Below are positions 47,534 to 58,500 of a stretch of 64,000 bases of DNA, in pieces; within the stretch, counting starts at the first letter, position 1, and every line of letters begins with the position of its first letter. Made by a program: the position numbers and the translations under genes. The notes under the pieces are model-generated. The model was not told the DNA's origin and ran no database searches. It worked only from the letters and a program-made list of their open reading frames with translations. Source of the DNA: Anaerolineae bacterium (GTDB lineage Bacteria; Chloroflexota; Anaerolineae; B4-G1; SLSP01); contig DAOSNS010000023.1 of NCBI GenBank assembly GCA_035373625.1, positions 7,890 through 71,889 of the forward strand. Direction: 5' to 3'.

Positions 47534-47921
47534 ACCGGTTGCGTCGCGCCAGACGCAGCATGGTGCTCTGAAGCCCAATCTGACCAGTAGCGATCCGTAT
47601 GCCGTCCTGGGATTACCGCGCGGCGCAACGCAACACGAGATCAAGCGCGCCTACTTTGCCCTGGTGCGCGAGCACACGCCTGAAGAACACCCCGACACCT
47701 TCAAGTTGATCCGTGCGGCCTACGAGAAGCTGCGTACCGCCGAGGCAAAGGCCGCTACCGATCTTTTCCTTTTCCAGCCGCCCACACCGTGGCAACCGCG
47801 CAAGCGTCTCCGTAAACTCGACCTCGACTTTCACGTCGAGGATATCTGGTGCCTGTTGCAACACTACGGTGACCTGGGACAGATGGATTTCAAGAAGGAT
47901 TACCGCCCGATTCAGCTATGA
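47499..47921 (+). CDS. Minimal J-domain protein (no G/F region, zinc finger or CTD)
   Basis: DPYAVLGLPRGATQHEIKRAYFALVREHTPEEHPD. ATG 47499 overlaps the TPR gene end by 35 nt (track start 47424). Confidence 0.75.
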   Translation: MTINSSIPSDIEPVASRQTQHGALKPNLTSSDPYAVLGLPRGATQHEIKRAYFALVREHTPEEHPDTFKLIRAAYEKLRTAEAKAATDLFLFQPPTPWQPRKRLRKLDLDFHVEDIWCLLQHYGDLGQMDFKKDYRPIQL

Positions 47922-48607
47922 GCGACCGTCGTCGAGTGTGGGCCACACTGGCCGATTTATTATCCCGTCTGGAACGCGATCTTGCCGCACAACAATCACC
48001 TGTTGCCGTAGGCGACCTGGAGAAGGAGGTGCGCAAGCTCGGCAAGGCGCAGTTTAAGACCACCATGCTGCTCGAAGAACAGACGCAGCAGACGGCCACG
48101 GCGCTGGCTGCGTTAGAAGCTCAGCAGGCGCAGCAGGCCGAGCTGGTGGAAAAGCTGGTTGCCGAGAGGGTGAACGCGGCACGTCAGGAATGGCTGGCTT
48201 CCCTGCTGCCGGCGCTGGATGGCCTGGATAACGCTATCGCCAGCGGCAAGCGTTATCTTGAGGCGCGCGATCAGGTCGCGGCCCGGCCTGATCTGACGGC
48301 GGCGCAGGCCATGCTCGTTTCGCCCGCCGACCGCGCCAAGCTCAGCAGTTGGCTGGATGGCTTGCGGATGGTGCGTGACCGGCTGCTGGCAGTTTTGGAA
48401 AGCGGCGGGGTCACGCCGATCCCCACCGTCGGGCAGATGTTCGATCCGTATCAGCATATCGCAGTGGCGACAACGGACGAAAGCAACGGTTCGAATGGAA
48501 CGCCCCCGGTTGCCGGGGTGATCGTCGCCGAGGACCGGCGTGGCTATCGGACTGCCGACCGGGTCCTGCGCTACGCCGATGTGGTCGTCTATCGTCCCAA
48601 AGAATGA
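47918..48607 (+). CDS. GrpE-like nucleotide exchange factor (second GrpE in the window)
   Basis: Coiled-coil N-terminus, LLPALDGLDNAI, FDPYQHIAVA, GYRTADRVLRYADVVV. ATGA overlap with the J-domain gene. Confidence 0.75.
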   Translation: MSDRRRVWATLADLLSRLERDLAAQQSPVAVGDLEKEVRKLGKAQFKTTMLLEEQTQQTATALAALEAQQAQQAELVEKLVAERVNAARQEWLASLLPALDGLDNAIASGKRYLEARDQVAARPDLTAAQAMLVSPADRAKLSSWLDGLRMVRDRLLAVLESGGVTPIPTVGQMFDPYQHIAVATTDESNGSNGTPPVAGVIVAEDRRGYRTADRVLRYADVVVYRPKE

Positions 48608-48626
48608 AGCAAGGGGCAGGATTGCC

Positions 48627-48654
48627 GACTGAAAACTGATAACTGACAACTCAA
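48627..48654. repeat. Four heptamers GACTGAA AACTGAT AACTGAC AACTCAA immediately upstream of the Hsp70 SD
   Basis: The 14-mer AACTGATAACTGAC also occurs on the minus strand of the 16835-16919 tract. Confidence 0.85.
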
Positions 48655-48665
48655 TCGAGGAGAGT

Positions 48666-50417
48666 ATGAGCATTATTGTAGGTATTGATTTAGGTACTAC
48701 CAATTCCGGTGTTTCGATTGTGCGTAACGGCGTCCCGGTAATGCTGCTCAACGGCGATGAGCGCATTGTCCCTTCCGTTGTTGGCTACGCACCTGATGGA
48801 CGCTGGCTGGTCGGCACACCGGCCCGTAACCAGTACGTCTTTGATCCCGATAACACCGTGCGTTCGATCAAACGCGCTATGGGCACGGCCACCCGTGTGA
48901 CCATGGGCGGACGCATGTTCACCCCCCAGGAAGTTTCGGCCTTCATCCTCCGTGAAATGAAGAGCATCGCCGAGCGTAACCTGGGCGTTCCGGTGAACGA
49001 AGCCGTTATCACCGTGCCGGCTTACTTCTCGGATGCAGCGCGCCAGGCCACCCGCGATGCCGGCGAGATCGCCGGATTCGACGTGCGCCGCATCATCAAC
49101 GAACCGACGGCGGCGGCTTTGGCTTACGGCTTGAACCTGGGAGACGATCAACTCGCGCTGGTTTACGACCTGGGGGGAGGTACGTTCGATGTTTCGCTGG
49201 TGGAGCTGATGGGGGGCGTCGTGGAGGTGCGTGCCAGCCACGGCAATACCCACCTGGGCGGCGACGACTTCGATGAGCGTCTGGCGCGGCTTGTCGCGGC
49301 AAAGTTCGAGGCAGATCACGGCATTGACCTGCGACAGGACCGACGTGCCTGGGCACGTTTGCAGCGTGCCGCGGAGATGGCGAAAATCACACTCTCCGAT
49401 CGCCCCTTCGCGTGGCTCAGGGAAGAATACATTGCCGAGAAACGCGGCATCCCCCTGCACCTGGAATATGAGATCAGCCGTCAAGAATTCGAGGAGGTCA
49501 TTGCCGATTTGGTCGAGCAGACGACCGAATCCATTGACCGGGTTTTGAGCGACGCCGGCGTCAGCCCGGAAGACCTGACGCAAGTTTTGATGGTCGGCGG
49601 CTCGTCGCGGGTACCGGCGGTGTGGGAACTGGTGGCCAATTATCTGGATACCGAGCCGCGTATGACGCTCAACCCCGAAGAAGTGGTCGCGCTAGGCGCG
49701 GGAGTGCAGGCCGCCATCATCGCCGGCGAACCGATTGACGCTATTCTCGTAGATGTGACGCCCTATTCGCTCGGCATCGCCGTGGCTGAGACTCGTCTGG
49801 GACGCATCATCCCCGATCGCTATAAGGTGCTCATTCACCGCAATACCACCATCCCCGTTACCAAAGAAGAAGTGTTCTACACGCTTTTCCCGGATCAAGA
49901 CACCATTGAAGTCGAAGTTTATCAGGGAGAACAACCGCAGGCATCGCAGAATACACTGTTGGGCAAATTCCTGGTTACCGATCTGGAGCCGGAACACCCC
50001 GGGGAAGTGGCAACGGTGACGGTGAAATTCGATATGGACGTGAACGGCATCCTCACGGTTACGGCACGGGATCGCAAGACCGGTCGGCAGGAAAACATCA
50101 CGGTCGAAGCTTCGCCCACGCGCATGAATGCTGCCCAGATTACGGCGGCACGGGAGGATTTGAGTGGCACGTATGAGGCGGGATCCATTCATACCGTCAC
50201 GCCACTGGTGCCGCTGGAGGCCGACGCTACGTTGATGGCACGCGCTCACCGTCTGCTGGATGGCAACACGCTTGCCCCCGACGATCGCGCGGCATTGGCG
50301 CAGTTGCTCATTGACATCAGCATTGCGCAGGCCGATCGGGATAAGAAACGTCTGGATATGCTTTCTGATGAGCTGTTAGAGATGCTCTTTGACCTGGAAA
50401 GCGAGGACGAAGACTGA
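48666..50417 (+). CDS. Hsp70-family chaperone (DnaK paralog-like, 583 aa, acidic C-terminus ESEDED)
   Basis: [28 protein letters not shown]. Shorter than typical DnaK. Confidence 0.9.
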   Translation: MSIIVGIDLGTTNSGVSIVRNGVPVMLLNGDERIVPSVVGYAPDGRWLVGTPARNQYVFDPDNTVRSIKRAMGTATRVTMGGRMFTPQEVSAFILREMKSIAERNLGVPVNEAVITVPAYFSDAARQATRDAGEIAGFDVRRIINEPTAAALAYGLNLGDDQLALVYDLGGGTFDVSLVELMGGVVEVRASHGNTHLGGDDFDERLARLVAAKFEADHGIDLRQDRRAWARLQRAAEMAKITLSDRPFAWLREEYIAEKRGIPLHLEYEISRQEFEEVIADLVEQTTESIDRVLSDAGVSPEDLTQVLMVGGSSRVPAVWELVANYLDTEPRMTLNPEEVVALGAGVQAAIIAGEPIDAILVDVTPYSLGIAVAETRLGRIIPDRYKVLIHRNTTIPVTKEEVFYTLFPDQDTIEVEVYQGEQPQASQNTLLGKFLVTDLEPEHPGEVATVTVKFDMDVNGILTVTARDRKTGRQENITVEASPTRMNAAQITAAREDLSGTYEAGSIHTVTPLVPLEADATLMARAHRLLDGNTLAPDDRAALAQLLIDISIAQADRDKKRLDMLSDELLEMLFDLESEDED

Positions 50418-50484
50418 GCTTTTAAGAGCCGTAAGGACTTTTAACACAGAGCATACAGAGCATAAAATCTGGCTCTAGATTCTG

Positions 50485-51516
50485 TCAGGGCAGCGGGATT
50501 TCGTAGGGGGGCGACATCAGTCTTTCCAGGTACGCCGCGTCCACGCGCCGGGTTGCCTGGATGGCGCGCCGCTTCCGCCACATTTTGGGGATGCCCCACA
50601 CACCTGCCACAATACCGCGCAATGTCGCCCGCGCCGCTGCCCCACGCCATAGCCGCAACGCCTCCCATGCCAGTTTGAGTTGCGCGCCGAGCACTTCTCG
50701 CCAATACACGTGCCACAAATCGGCAGGGTAATTCTTCGTCAGTGTGTAGATGCGGTTGCGTCCGTCGTGAAACGAAGCGGTGACGCCTCCACCGGAAGCC
50801 TTCAGCTTGTGGTAGACGACCGCGTCCGGCACGTAGAGACAGCGCCAACCGGCCAATTGCGCCCGCCACGCCAGATCCACATCCTCAAAAGAGAAGAAAA
50901 AGTCATCATCCAACAGGCCGATCGCATCCAGCATTGTTTTGCGGTAAGCGGCGCTGCCGCCGCACGCGCTGAAGACGTAGGCCGCATGGTTGTACTGTCC
51001 CTCGTCCTTCTGCCACACGCCGCGATTGTGGGCCAGCCCATCCGGTGTCACATAGTCACCCGCCGTGTGAAACGTGTCGCGTTGGTCGAAAAGTAGCATC
51101 TTCGACGCGACCAGTCCCACGTCAGGATGGCGATCGAATGTCGCCGCGACCGCTTCCAGCCAGCCCGAATCGGCCTCGGTGTCGTTGTTGAGCAAGACCT
51201 GAATCTCACCCTGGGCGGCGCGGAAACCGGCATTGCACGCGCCGGTGAAGCCACGATTTTCGCCAAGCGCCAGCACACGCACGGCGGGATAGCGAGCGAG
51301 CACGTCGCGGGAATCATCCTGCGAGCCGTTGTCTACGACGATGACTTCGACGTGGGGATAAGTCTGGCGCTGCAAGCTATCCAGGCATACCGGCAGATGG
51401 TGCGCCCCATTCCAGTTGGGGATGATGACAGAGATGAGTGAATGAGCAAATGGAAGAATGGAAGGATGGTCGGTTTTCGCCGATTGGCCGATTCGCTGAT
51501 TCGCTGATTCGCTCAT
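50485..51516 (-). CDS. Glycosyltransferase family 2 (rhamnosyltransferase-like)
   Basis: VIIPNWNGAHHLPVCLDSLQRQTYPHVEVIVVDNGSQDDS. The only in-frame start is ATG 51516, overlapping the rfbD stop (ATGA), so the octamer tract encodes its first ~25 aa. Confidence 0.85.
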   Translation of the reverse strand: MSESANQRIGQSAKTDHPSILPFAHSLISVIIPNWNGAHHLPVCLDSLQRQTYPHVEVIVVDNGSQDDSRDVLARYPAVRVLALGENRGFTGACNAGFRAAQGEIQVLLNNDTEADSGWLEAVAATFDRHPDVGLVASKMLLFDQRDTFHTAGDYVTPDGLAHNRGVWQKDEGQYNHAAYVFSACGGSAAYRKTMLDAIGLLDDDFFFSFEDVDLAWRAQLAGWRCLYVPDAVVYHKLKASGGGVTASFHDGRNRIYTLTKNYPADLWHVYWREVLGAQLKLAWEALRLWRGAAARATLRGIVAGVWGIPKMWRKRRAIQATRRVDAAYLERLMSPPYEIPLP

Positions 51517-51518
51517 TC
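51441..51518. repeat. Two octamer tracts: AATGGAAG-type at 51441-51472 and GC(C/T)GATTC x5 at 51479-51518
   Basis: Read directly. Lies within the 5' end of the GT2 ORF. Confidence 0.9.
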
Positions 51519-52358
51519 TACGTATCCCGTCTCGTGCAGAAATTCGGCGAGCGCCTCTTGCCAGGGACGCAAGCGGATGCCGAGGGCCGCGGCGGCATGG
51601 TTCGCCAGAGGTGCATAGCGGGGTGGGGTGCTGGCACGCTGGAACTCCGCCGAGGTGATGGGGGTGAGGGGAACCTGCGTCCGTCCGCTCAAGCGCAGGA
51701 TCTCCTGGGCAAATTCAAAACGCGAGGTGATCCCTTCGTTGGTGAGATGGTAGATGCCGTAGGCATGGGTTTCGATGAGCGTGACGAGGGCGTGCGCCAG
51801 GTCCACAACATAAGTCGGGTTAGCCACTTCGTCGGTGACGACTTTGAGGCTGCCGCGTTCGTCGGCCAACTGGATGATGCGGTGTGGGAAGTTGCGTCCT
51901 CCCGCCGCATAGAGCCATGCCGTCCGCACGATGTAGAAGCGCGTGAGCAGGTGCTGGGTGTACCATTCACCGGCCAGCTTCGAGCGCCCATAAGCGTTAA
52001 TGGGATTGGTGGTAGCCCACTCGGAGTACGGCATGGTGGCACAGCCATCGAAGACTTCGTTGGTGCTCACGTAGAGCATCTCGGCATCCACAGCCGCCGC
52101 CGCGAGCGCCACGTTTTGCGTCCCCATGCCGTTGACGCGATACGCAAGTGCCGGGTCACGGGCGCAGCCGTCCACATCGGTGAACGCCGCCGGATGCAGG
52201 ATAAGATCGGGGCGGATCTCCCGTGCCAACGCAAGCAGTGCCTGCCGGTCGGTGATGTCATGTTCCGGCAAATCGAGTCCCACAACCTCATGGCCGCTCA
52301 GCAGCGGCAGCAACGTCCGTCCAAGCTGGCCTTTGTGTCCGGTGAGCAAGATGCGCAT
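51513..52358 (-). CDS. rfbD: dTDP-4-dehydrorhamnose reductase
   Basis: MRILLTGHKGQLGRTL... and the rest of the RmlD pattern. AAGGAG lies 6 nt before ATG 52358 (track start 52433). Confidence 0.9.
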   Translation of the reverse strand: MRILLTGHKGQLGRTLLPLLSGHEVVGLDLPEHDITDRQALLALAREIRPDLILHPAAFTDVDGCARDPALAYRVNGMGTQNVALAAAAVDAEMLYVSTNEVFDGCATMPYSEWATTNPINAYGRSKLAGEWYTQHLLTRFYIVRTAWLYAAGGRNFPHRIIQLADERGSLKVVTDEVANPTYVVDLAHALVTLIETHAYGIYHLTNEGITSRFEFAQEILRLSGRTQVPLTPITSAEFQRASTPPRYAPLANHAAAALGIRLRPWQEALAEFLHETGYVE

Positions 52359-52585
52359 ATTTGTCTCCTTATTGGGCTGATACAGGTTTAGATACGCGGC
52401 TCTGGCGATCTGCTCGAAGCCAGATAAAGTCACTGTAACAAGAATGACAAAGCCCTATTATACTGCAAGGGATACTTTACGAAAGCCGAGTTTTTATATA
52501 TACTATGATTATCACATAGTTGGTTTCTTTGGAGAGGGTAGAAAAGCCGTTTTGTTACAACTAAGTTTGATATAGGAGATTATAA

Positions 52586-55500
52586 ATGAAAACTAAACGA
52601 CAAAGCCTCGAGTTTTGGAAGAGAGGGCTATGTCCGGTGGTCTTGGGCATGGTGCTGATTCTTACATTCCTCGTCTGGCCCTCACCATTGTTGGCGGCCG
52701 GCGGGCCGGGCGGTGTAGGCAGTGACGGGGGGGACTCGGATTTGCGGCTGTGGTTGCGCGCGGATAAGGGGGTGTACGCTGATCCCGCCTGCTTGTCACC
52801 GGCGAATGTCGGTGTGGCGGTTGCGTGCTGGAGCGATCAAAGTGGCTATGGGTTGGATGTAACACAGGCCGATCCGGGGCTACAGCCCGTTTATCGTTCG
52901 ACGAAGCTGCTTGAATTCGACACCGACGTGCTTACCGGCACCCAGCCGGTGCAATTGTTTGCCACACCCAATTCTGGTTTGAGTGTCATCATCGCCTTCA
53001 AATCGGGAGTTTATACCCAGACATCGGTGCTGATGAACTATGGCAGCTCGGCAGCTCTGGATGTGGATCGCAATCTGGAACTGGGGTACACATTCGGCGG
53101 GGAGGGTGATTTCGGCTTACACCGTGGCGGGGGAAACGCGACCGTAGCCGCGACGACACGGATTACGGCGGAACAACCTTACATCTTCAGCACGGTGGTG
53201 TTGACCAGCGGCCTGGTACCGACGACGAGTGTGCGTTTGTACCTCAACGGCACGCCGGCGGCCTTGACTGCACTGGCAGGGGGCTGGCTCACAAGCGGCA
53301 CTTATCCAACCACGACCGTGCCACTGGACATCGGCGCGCGCCGCGATGGCAATTTGCCGGCCTATCCCGATGTTGCGCCTGACGCTTTTCACAAGGGTGA
53401 TATTTCGGAAGTCATTGTTTTCACGACACCCCTCAATACGGCGCAACAGACGATCATCGAGAACTATTTAAGTGCAAAGTACACCATTCCGTTGAATGTG
53501 GCGGCCACAAAGTATGTCCATAGTGCTTACATCTACGATGTCATCGGCATCGGCAAAGAAGCGGACGGGATGCATACCGAAGCGCGAGGTGCAGGGTTGA
53601 TCTTGGAGAATGGCGGGTATTTGCGAGATGTTGGTGATTACTTGATGGCCGGACATCGCACGGTGGTCAATGTCTGGACAAATGCATCTTTGCCGGCAGG
53701 GGTCAGCTCGCGTTGGGAGCGCAACTGGTATTTTGATAAAACGGATGTTGGAGATAACGGCGGCGCCATCACTCTGAAGTTTGATTTTAGCGAGGGGGAT
53801 ATTGAGGGCGAGCCAAACGGTATCTATGTCCTCTTGGGACGTTCCGGGACCGGTGGACGCTTCCGGGTAGTGCAGGCTTCCAGCTATATCGAGGGAGATC
53901 AAGTGATTTTCCCCAATGTTGTTGCCTTAAAAGATGGCTGGTCATATACGCTAGGTCAGGCTTCCGATCAATACTACTTTTTGGAAGATAGTCAACAACC
54001 CGGCGGGCCGGCGTTCAATTTTGAGGATATATCCGCAACGGGTACGGAGATTGTTTTTAGCCCGCTGGTGGACAACGGAATGAGCGGGGCGCTGCCGTTG
54101 GGGTTTTCGTTCAATTTCTACGATGTCAACTACTCAAATGTATACTTGAGTACCGAGGGGTTCATCACATTTTTGCCGGGACAACAGCCGAGCTCCGGTA
54201 CGGCTGTGCCCATCCCCACCAATGATGTGCACAATGGCTTGATTGCCGGCTGGTGGAATGACCTGGACCAGCGGTACGGCGGAAAATTCTACTACGAGAC
54301 CAGAGGGACAGCGCCGAATCGTCGCTTCATTGTGCAATACCACGCCCTGCCCTTAGTGGGGCCAGGGGGAGTGACGAGTACCTTCCAGATCAAGTTGTTT
54401 GAAAGCTCCAATATCATCGAAGTGCATTACTTGAACGCCCAAACGCAGGTGAATACTTATGCCCTGGGCGGCATCGAAAATCAAAGCGGAACCAGCGGTT
54501 TGCAATACTATTACGGCGATGCCAACATTGCCAATCTCGCGGTGCGGTACTCGCGGCCGTTGTTTTTGTTGGAGCAGATGGTCAACGATCCCACGCCGCG
54601 CATAGGGGACCGTATCACGTATACCCTCATCCTGCGTAGCAATTTCCCGGTGGCGACCACCGAGGCCGTGGTGAGTGACACATTGGACGCCGGTCTGGTC
54701 TTTGCCACGGAGGCCATCACGGTAACGCCCCCCCAGACGTTCAACCAGCTCCTTCAAGGGCAAATCTTACGGCTTGATGGGTTTACGTTAGGGGCAGGGC
54801 AGCGGATTACATTTACCATTCCGGTGACGGTGAACACGGATGTGGTGATGGGGGATCCCTTGCTTAACACGGCATTACTGATGCACCCGGCGCTTTCTGC
54901 GCCACGAACGAGCGAGGTCAGCATCGTACCGGACAATTGCTGGGTGAATCTGAACGGTGCGATTTCCGATCAAGTGCAACCTATGCTTGATCTGGCCGCG
55001 CCCGGTGACGAGGTCAAAGTCGCAGGATATTGTTTGGATCTCTCGGCTCAGTGGGAAGGTGTGGAACAGGTAGCTTACATCAGCAAAACTTTGACCTTGC
55101 GCGGGGGCTATACGCCTGCCGACTGGACGACGGCTTATCCCACCGTGACGACCGTGTTGGATGCCCGGGGCCAGGGGCGTGTTGTGTTTGTTGCGCCGGG
55201 CGTGACCGTAACGTTAGCCAATCTGTATTTGATCAACGGAGATGCCTTCCAAAGCGGCAGTACGCAAAGCTATGGAGGTGGAGTGTATGCTGCGAACGCT
55301 CAATTGAGTGTGCAAGATGTGCAGCTCTATGACAACACTGCCCTGCTGGGGGGAGGCGTTTATGTATCCGGTGGAATGTTGAATTGGACTCGCGGTGCGG
55401 CGATGACCAATACTGCGTCTACCTCTGGTGGTGGGATATACCTGACCGACGGCGTCACCGTCTGGTTGAATGGCGTCGTTTTGCGCGCCAATGGATTGGA

Positions 55501-58500
55501 AAACAGCCTGTCTACCGGTCAAGGTGGTGCTGGTCTTTATGCTTTGAACAGTACGCTGGTATTGACCGGTCAGGTACAACTCTATGCCAATACCGGGGCC
55601 TATCAAGGCGGTGGCATTTACGTACAGAACACGCCGTTGACGGCGCAACAACTCATCGTCCGGGAGAACGGTGCAGACCGGGGCGGCGGGATGTTTGTCA
55701 GTGGCGGCACGGCGCAGTTGAGTGATCTGGATGTGCGTGATAATTACACCTGGGGGCGCTCTGGCCATGGCGGCGGCCTGTACTTTTTGCAAAGTTCGGC
55801 GCAAATCTCGATGAGTCAACTTGTCTCCAATACGGCCAACGGCATCGGTGGCGCCATCTATGCCGATCGCACCAACGTTTTACTGGTTTCCAGTGTCATC
55901 AGTCATAACTTCAGCCAGTTGGAAGGCGGGGGTGTTTATGCCAACAATGTTGTGAGTATGACCCTGCGGGACAATGACATTGTTAACAATCGGGGGGCCT
56001 CCGGTGCTGGCCTGTACGTCAATACCGGCACTCCGAACTTGAGCAACAACCGTTTTGTCGGCAACCAGACCTTTGTTTCCGGCAATGGTGGCGGTGTGAT
56101 GCTTTATAAAACGAACAATGCCGTGGTTGTGGCTAATCTATTGGTGAGCAATACGGCGCGCTATGGCGGCGGCTTGTATCTCAACACCGACAACACGGCT
56201 GTTTTGACCAATAATCAGGTGTTCTTTAATTATGCCTCTTCAAATGGTGGTGGTTTGTATGTGCGTTCCAGCAATGTGTACGTAGCGCATAATCAGATTA
56301 TGACCAACACCTCGGCCGGTCTGGGAGGTGGCCTCTATTGTTATGGCGGGACGCCACAGTACGTCCAGAACACGGTGTCATTTAACAGCACTGTGAATGG
56401 CGGAGGAGGTCTCTATTGTGCTGGCGGCAACCCAAAGTTTATAGAAAATGTTTTGGAATTCAATACGGCGAGCGTGGCCGTCATCAGTTATGGCGGGGGG
56501 ATGGAGTTGGACAGCACTTCTGAAGCGCAGGTCACCGGCAACCGGCTACAGGCGAATAGTGCGCGGCGTGGCGGTGGTTTGTACATTCGTGATAGCGGTG
56601 CTGCGTTGGTGCAATCGAATGTCATCCTTTCAAACACGGCCAACCTGGGTGGTGGTGTGTATGTGAACAGCGGTTTGAGTACGGCCGGGTTTCTCAGCAA
56701 CACAATCGCCTTTAACACCGTCTCCGGTTCTGACAATCGTGGCGCCGGCGCCTTTATCAACGGCGGGGCGTCTCCCTGGGAATCTAACATCATCTACAGC
56801 AATACTGCTCAATTGCGCGGCGGGGGAATCTATGTCAATACCTCCTCGGCGACTTTCCGTAATAACCGCATCGTTCTTAACAGCGCCTTGAATTCTACGG
56901 ATAGCGGCGGCGGCGTTTATGTCTTGGGGGGGACAGTCGCCTTAGTCGGCAATCAGATATTGACCAACACAACGCCTGGGTCTGGCGGTGGGGTTTATTT
57001 GAGCACGGTTGCGGCGGGTAGTACACTCCAACAAAACATCTTTGTCGGCAATACTGCGGCCAGGGGTGGGGGAATCTACATTTATCGCGGACGGCCTGTG
57101 CTGCTTGGAAACCGCGTGCTGCAAAATGTGTCCACCAATACCACCGATGGCGGTGGCGGCATTTATATCTCTTCTAATGCCACACAACTGATCTCTCTGG
57201 TGCGCAATATCGTGCAAGGGAATCAGGCGCAGGGATGGGGCGGTGGCCTGTATGTCTTTTCATCGGTACAAGACGTATTTGACGGCAATGTGCTGTTCGC
57301 TAACACAGCGCAATCCGATGGCGGCGGGATATACCTGACGGATACCACGGCCCGGCTGTTGAATACCGTCGTTGCGGATAATGTGAGTGTCACCGGCAGA
57401 GGGGGAGGCATCTATCTGGGGAGTTCTAGCGTGCGTTGGCTGCATACGACCATTGCTCGCAATGCCGACGCCTATCAAGTCGGTGTGCATCTCCAGAGTG
57501 GTTCGCCTGTTTTCACCAACACCATTCTCATCAGCCACACCATCGGCATATCGGTTGCTCAAGGTGCTGCGGTGACTTTCAATGCCACGCTCTGGGGAAA
57601 TGACACTAACGCAAGTGGGCCGGGCAGCTTAGTCGCCTATGGGCCGAGTGTGACCGGCAACCCCGACTTTCTGGCGCCCGATGCCGGTGATTATCGCATC
57701 GGGCCGAGTTCGGCGGCGCTCGATGCTGGCGTGCCCGGCGGGGTTATGACGGATATGGAAGGTCTCTCGCGTCCTGTGCATCTGGGATACGATCTGGGGG
57801 CCAGCGAATATCGTGGCACATGTTTTGTGCGACTGAACCAATCCTCTTATACCTACAGCTCGATTCAAGCCGCCGTGGACGCCAGTAACAGTCCTGACGA
57901 TGTGGTGAAAGTCGCCGGGACCTGCACCGGTGTACACGCTCACGGCGCGTTGACCCAAACACTGTATTTGAACAAGCCGTTGACGCTGCAGGGCGGCTAT
58001 ACGCTGACTCAGTGGCTCTATTCCGACCCGGTGGCTTACCCTACCACGGTGGATGCGCTGTCTCTGGGGCGGGTGATCTACGTTGCCGAGGGCGTGACCG
58101 CGACCGTGCGCGGCTTGCGTCTCCGGGGTGGCAATGCCGCTCTGGGGGGCGGCACAAATGTCGGCGGTGGTATCTATGCCGCCCAGGCCACCCTCACGTT
58201 AGAAGATGTCCAAATCTTTAACAACCAGGCGGCAAACGGCGGTGGAGTTATGGCCGATGCGGGTACGCTGCATCTGTCTGAGGTACAGCTTTTCAATAAT
58301 ACCGCTGTCAACGGCGGTGGCCTGTATGCTGATCATGCGGCATTGCGTCTCGCGCGCTCGCAAATCTTCAGCAATACCGCAGACTACGGCGGTGGCGTGT
58401 ATGTGTATCGTTCTGCGGCCGCGCAGATCACCCGGAACACATTCCATCACAATACGGCTACTTCTGGCGGCGGGGCAATGTACCTGGCGCAGAGTCCGGT

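Noticed and set aside
48113-49583. Minus-strand ORFs of 217 and 297 aa
   Set aside because: They are antisense to the GrpE-like and Hsp70 genes.
51438-52391. 317-aa plus-strand ORF
   Set aside because: It is antisense to rfbD, which has a strong SD and the RmlD N-terminal Rossmann motif.
52440-54500. Impression of lower GC at the 5' end of the giant gene and its upstream region (possible horizontal acquisition)
   Set aside because: This is only a visual impression and I did not compute GC content. No integrase, tRNA or direct repeats mark a boundary.
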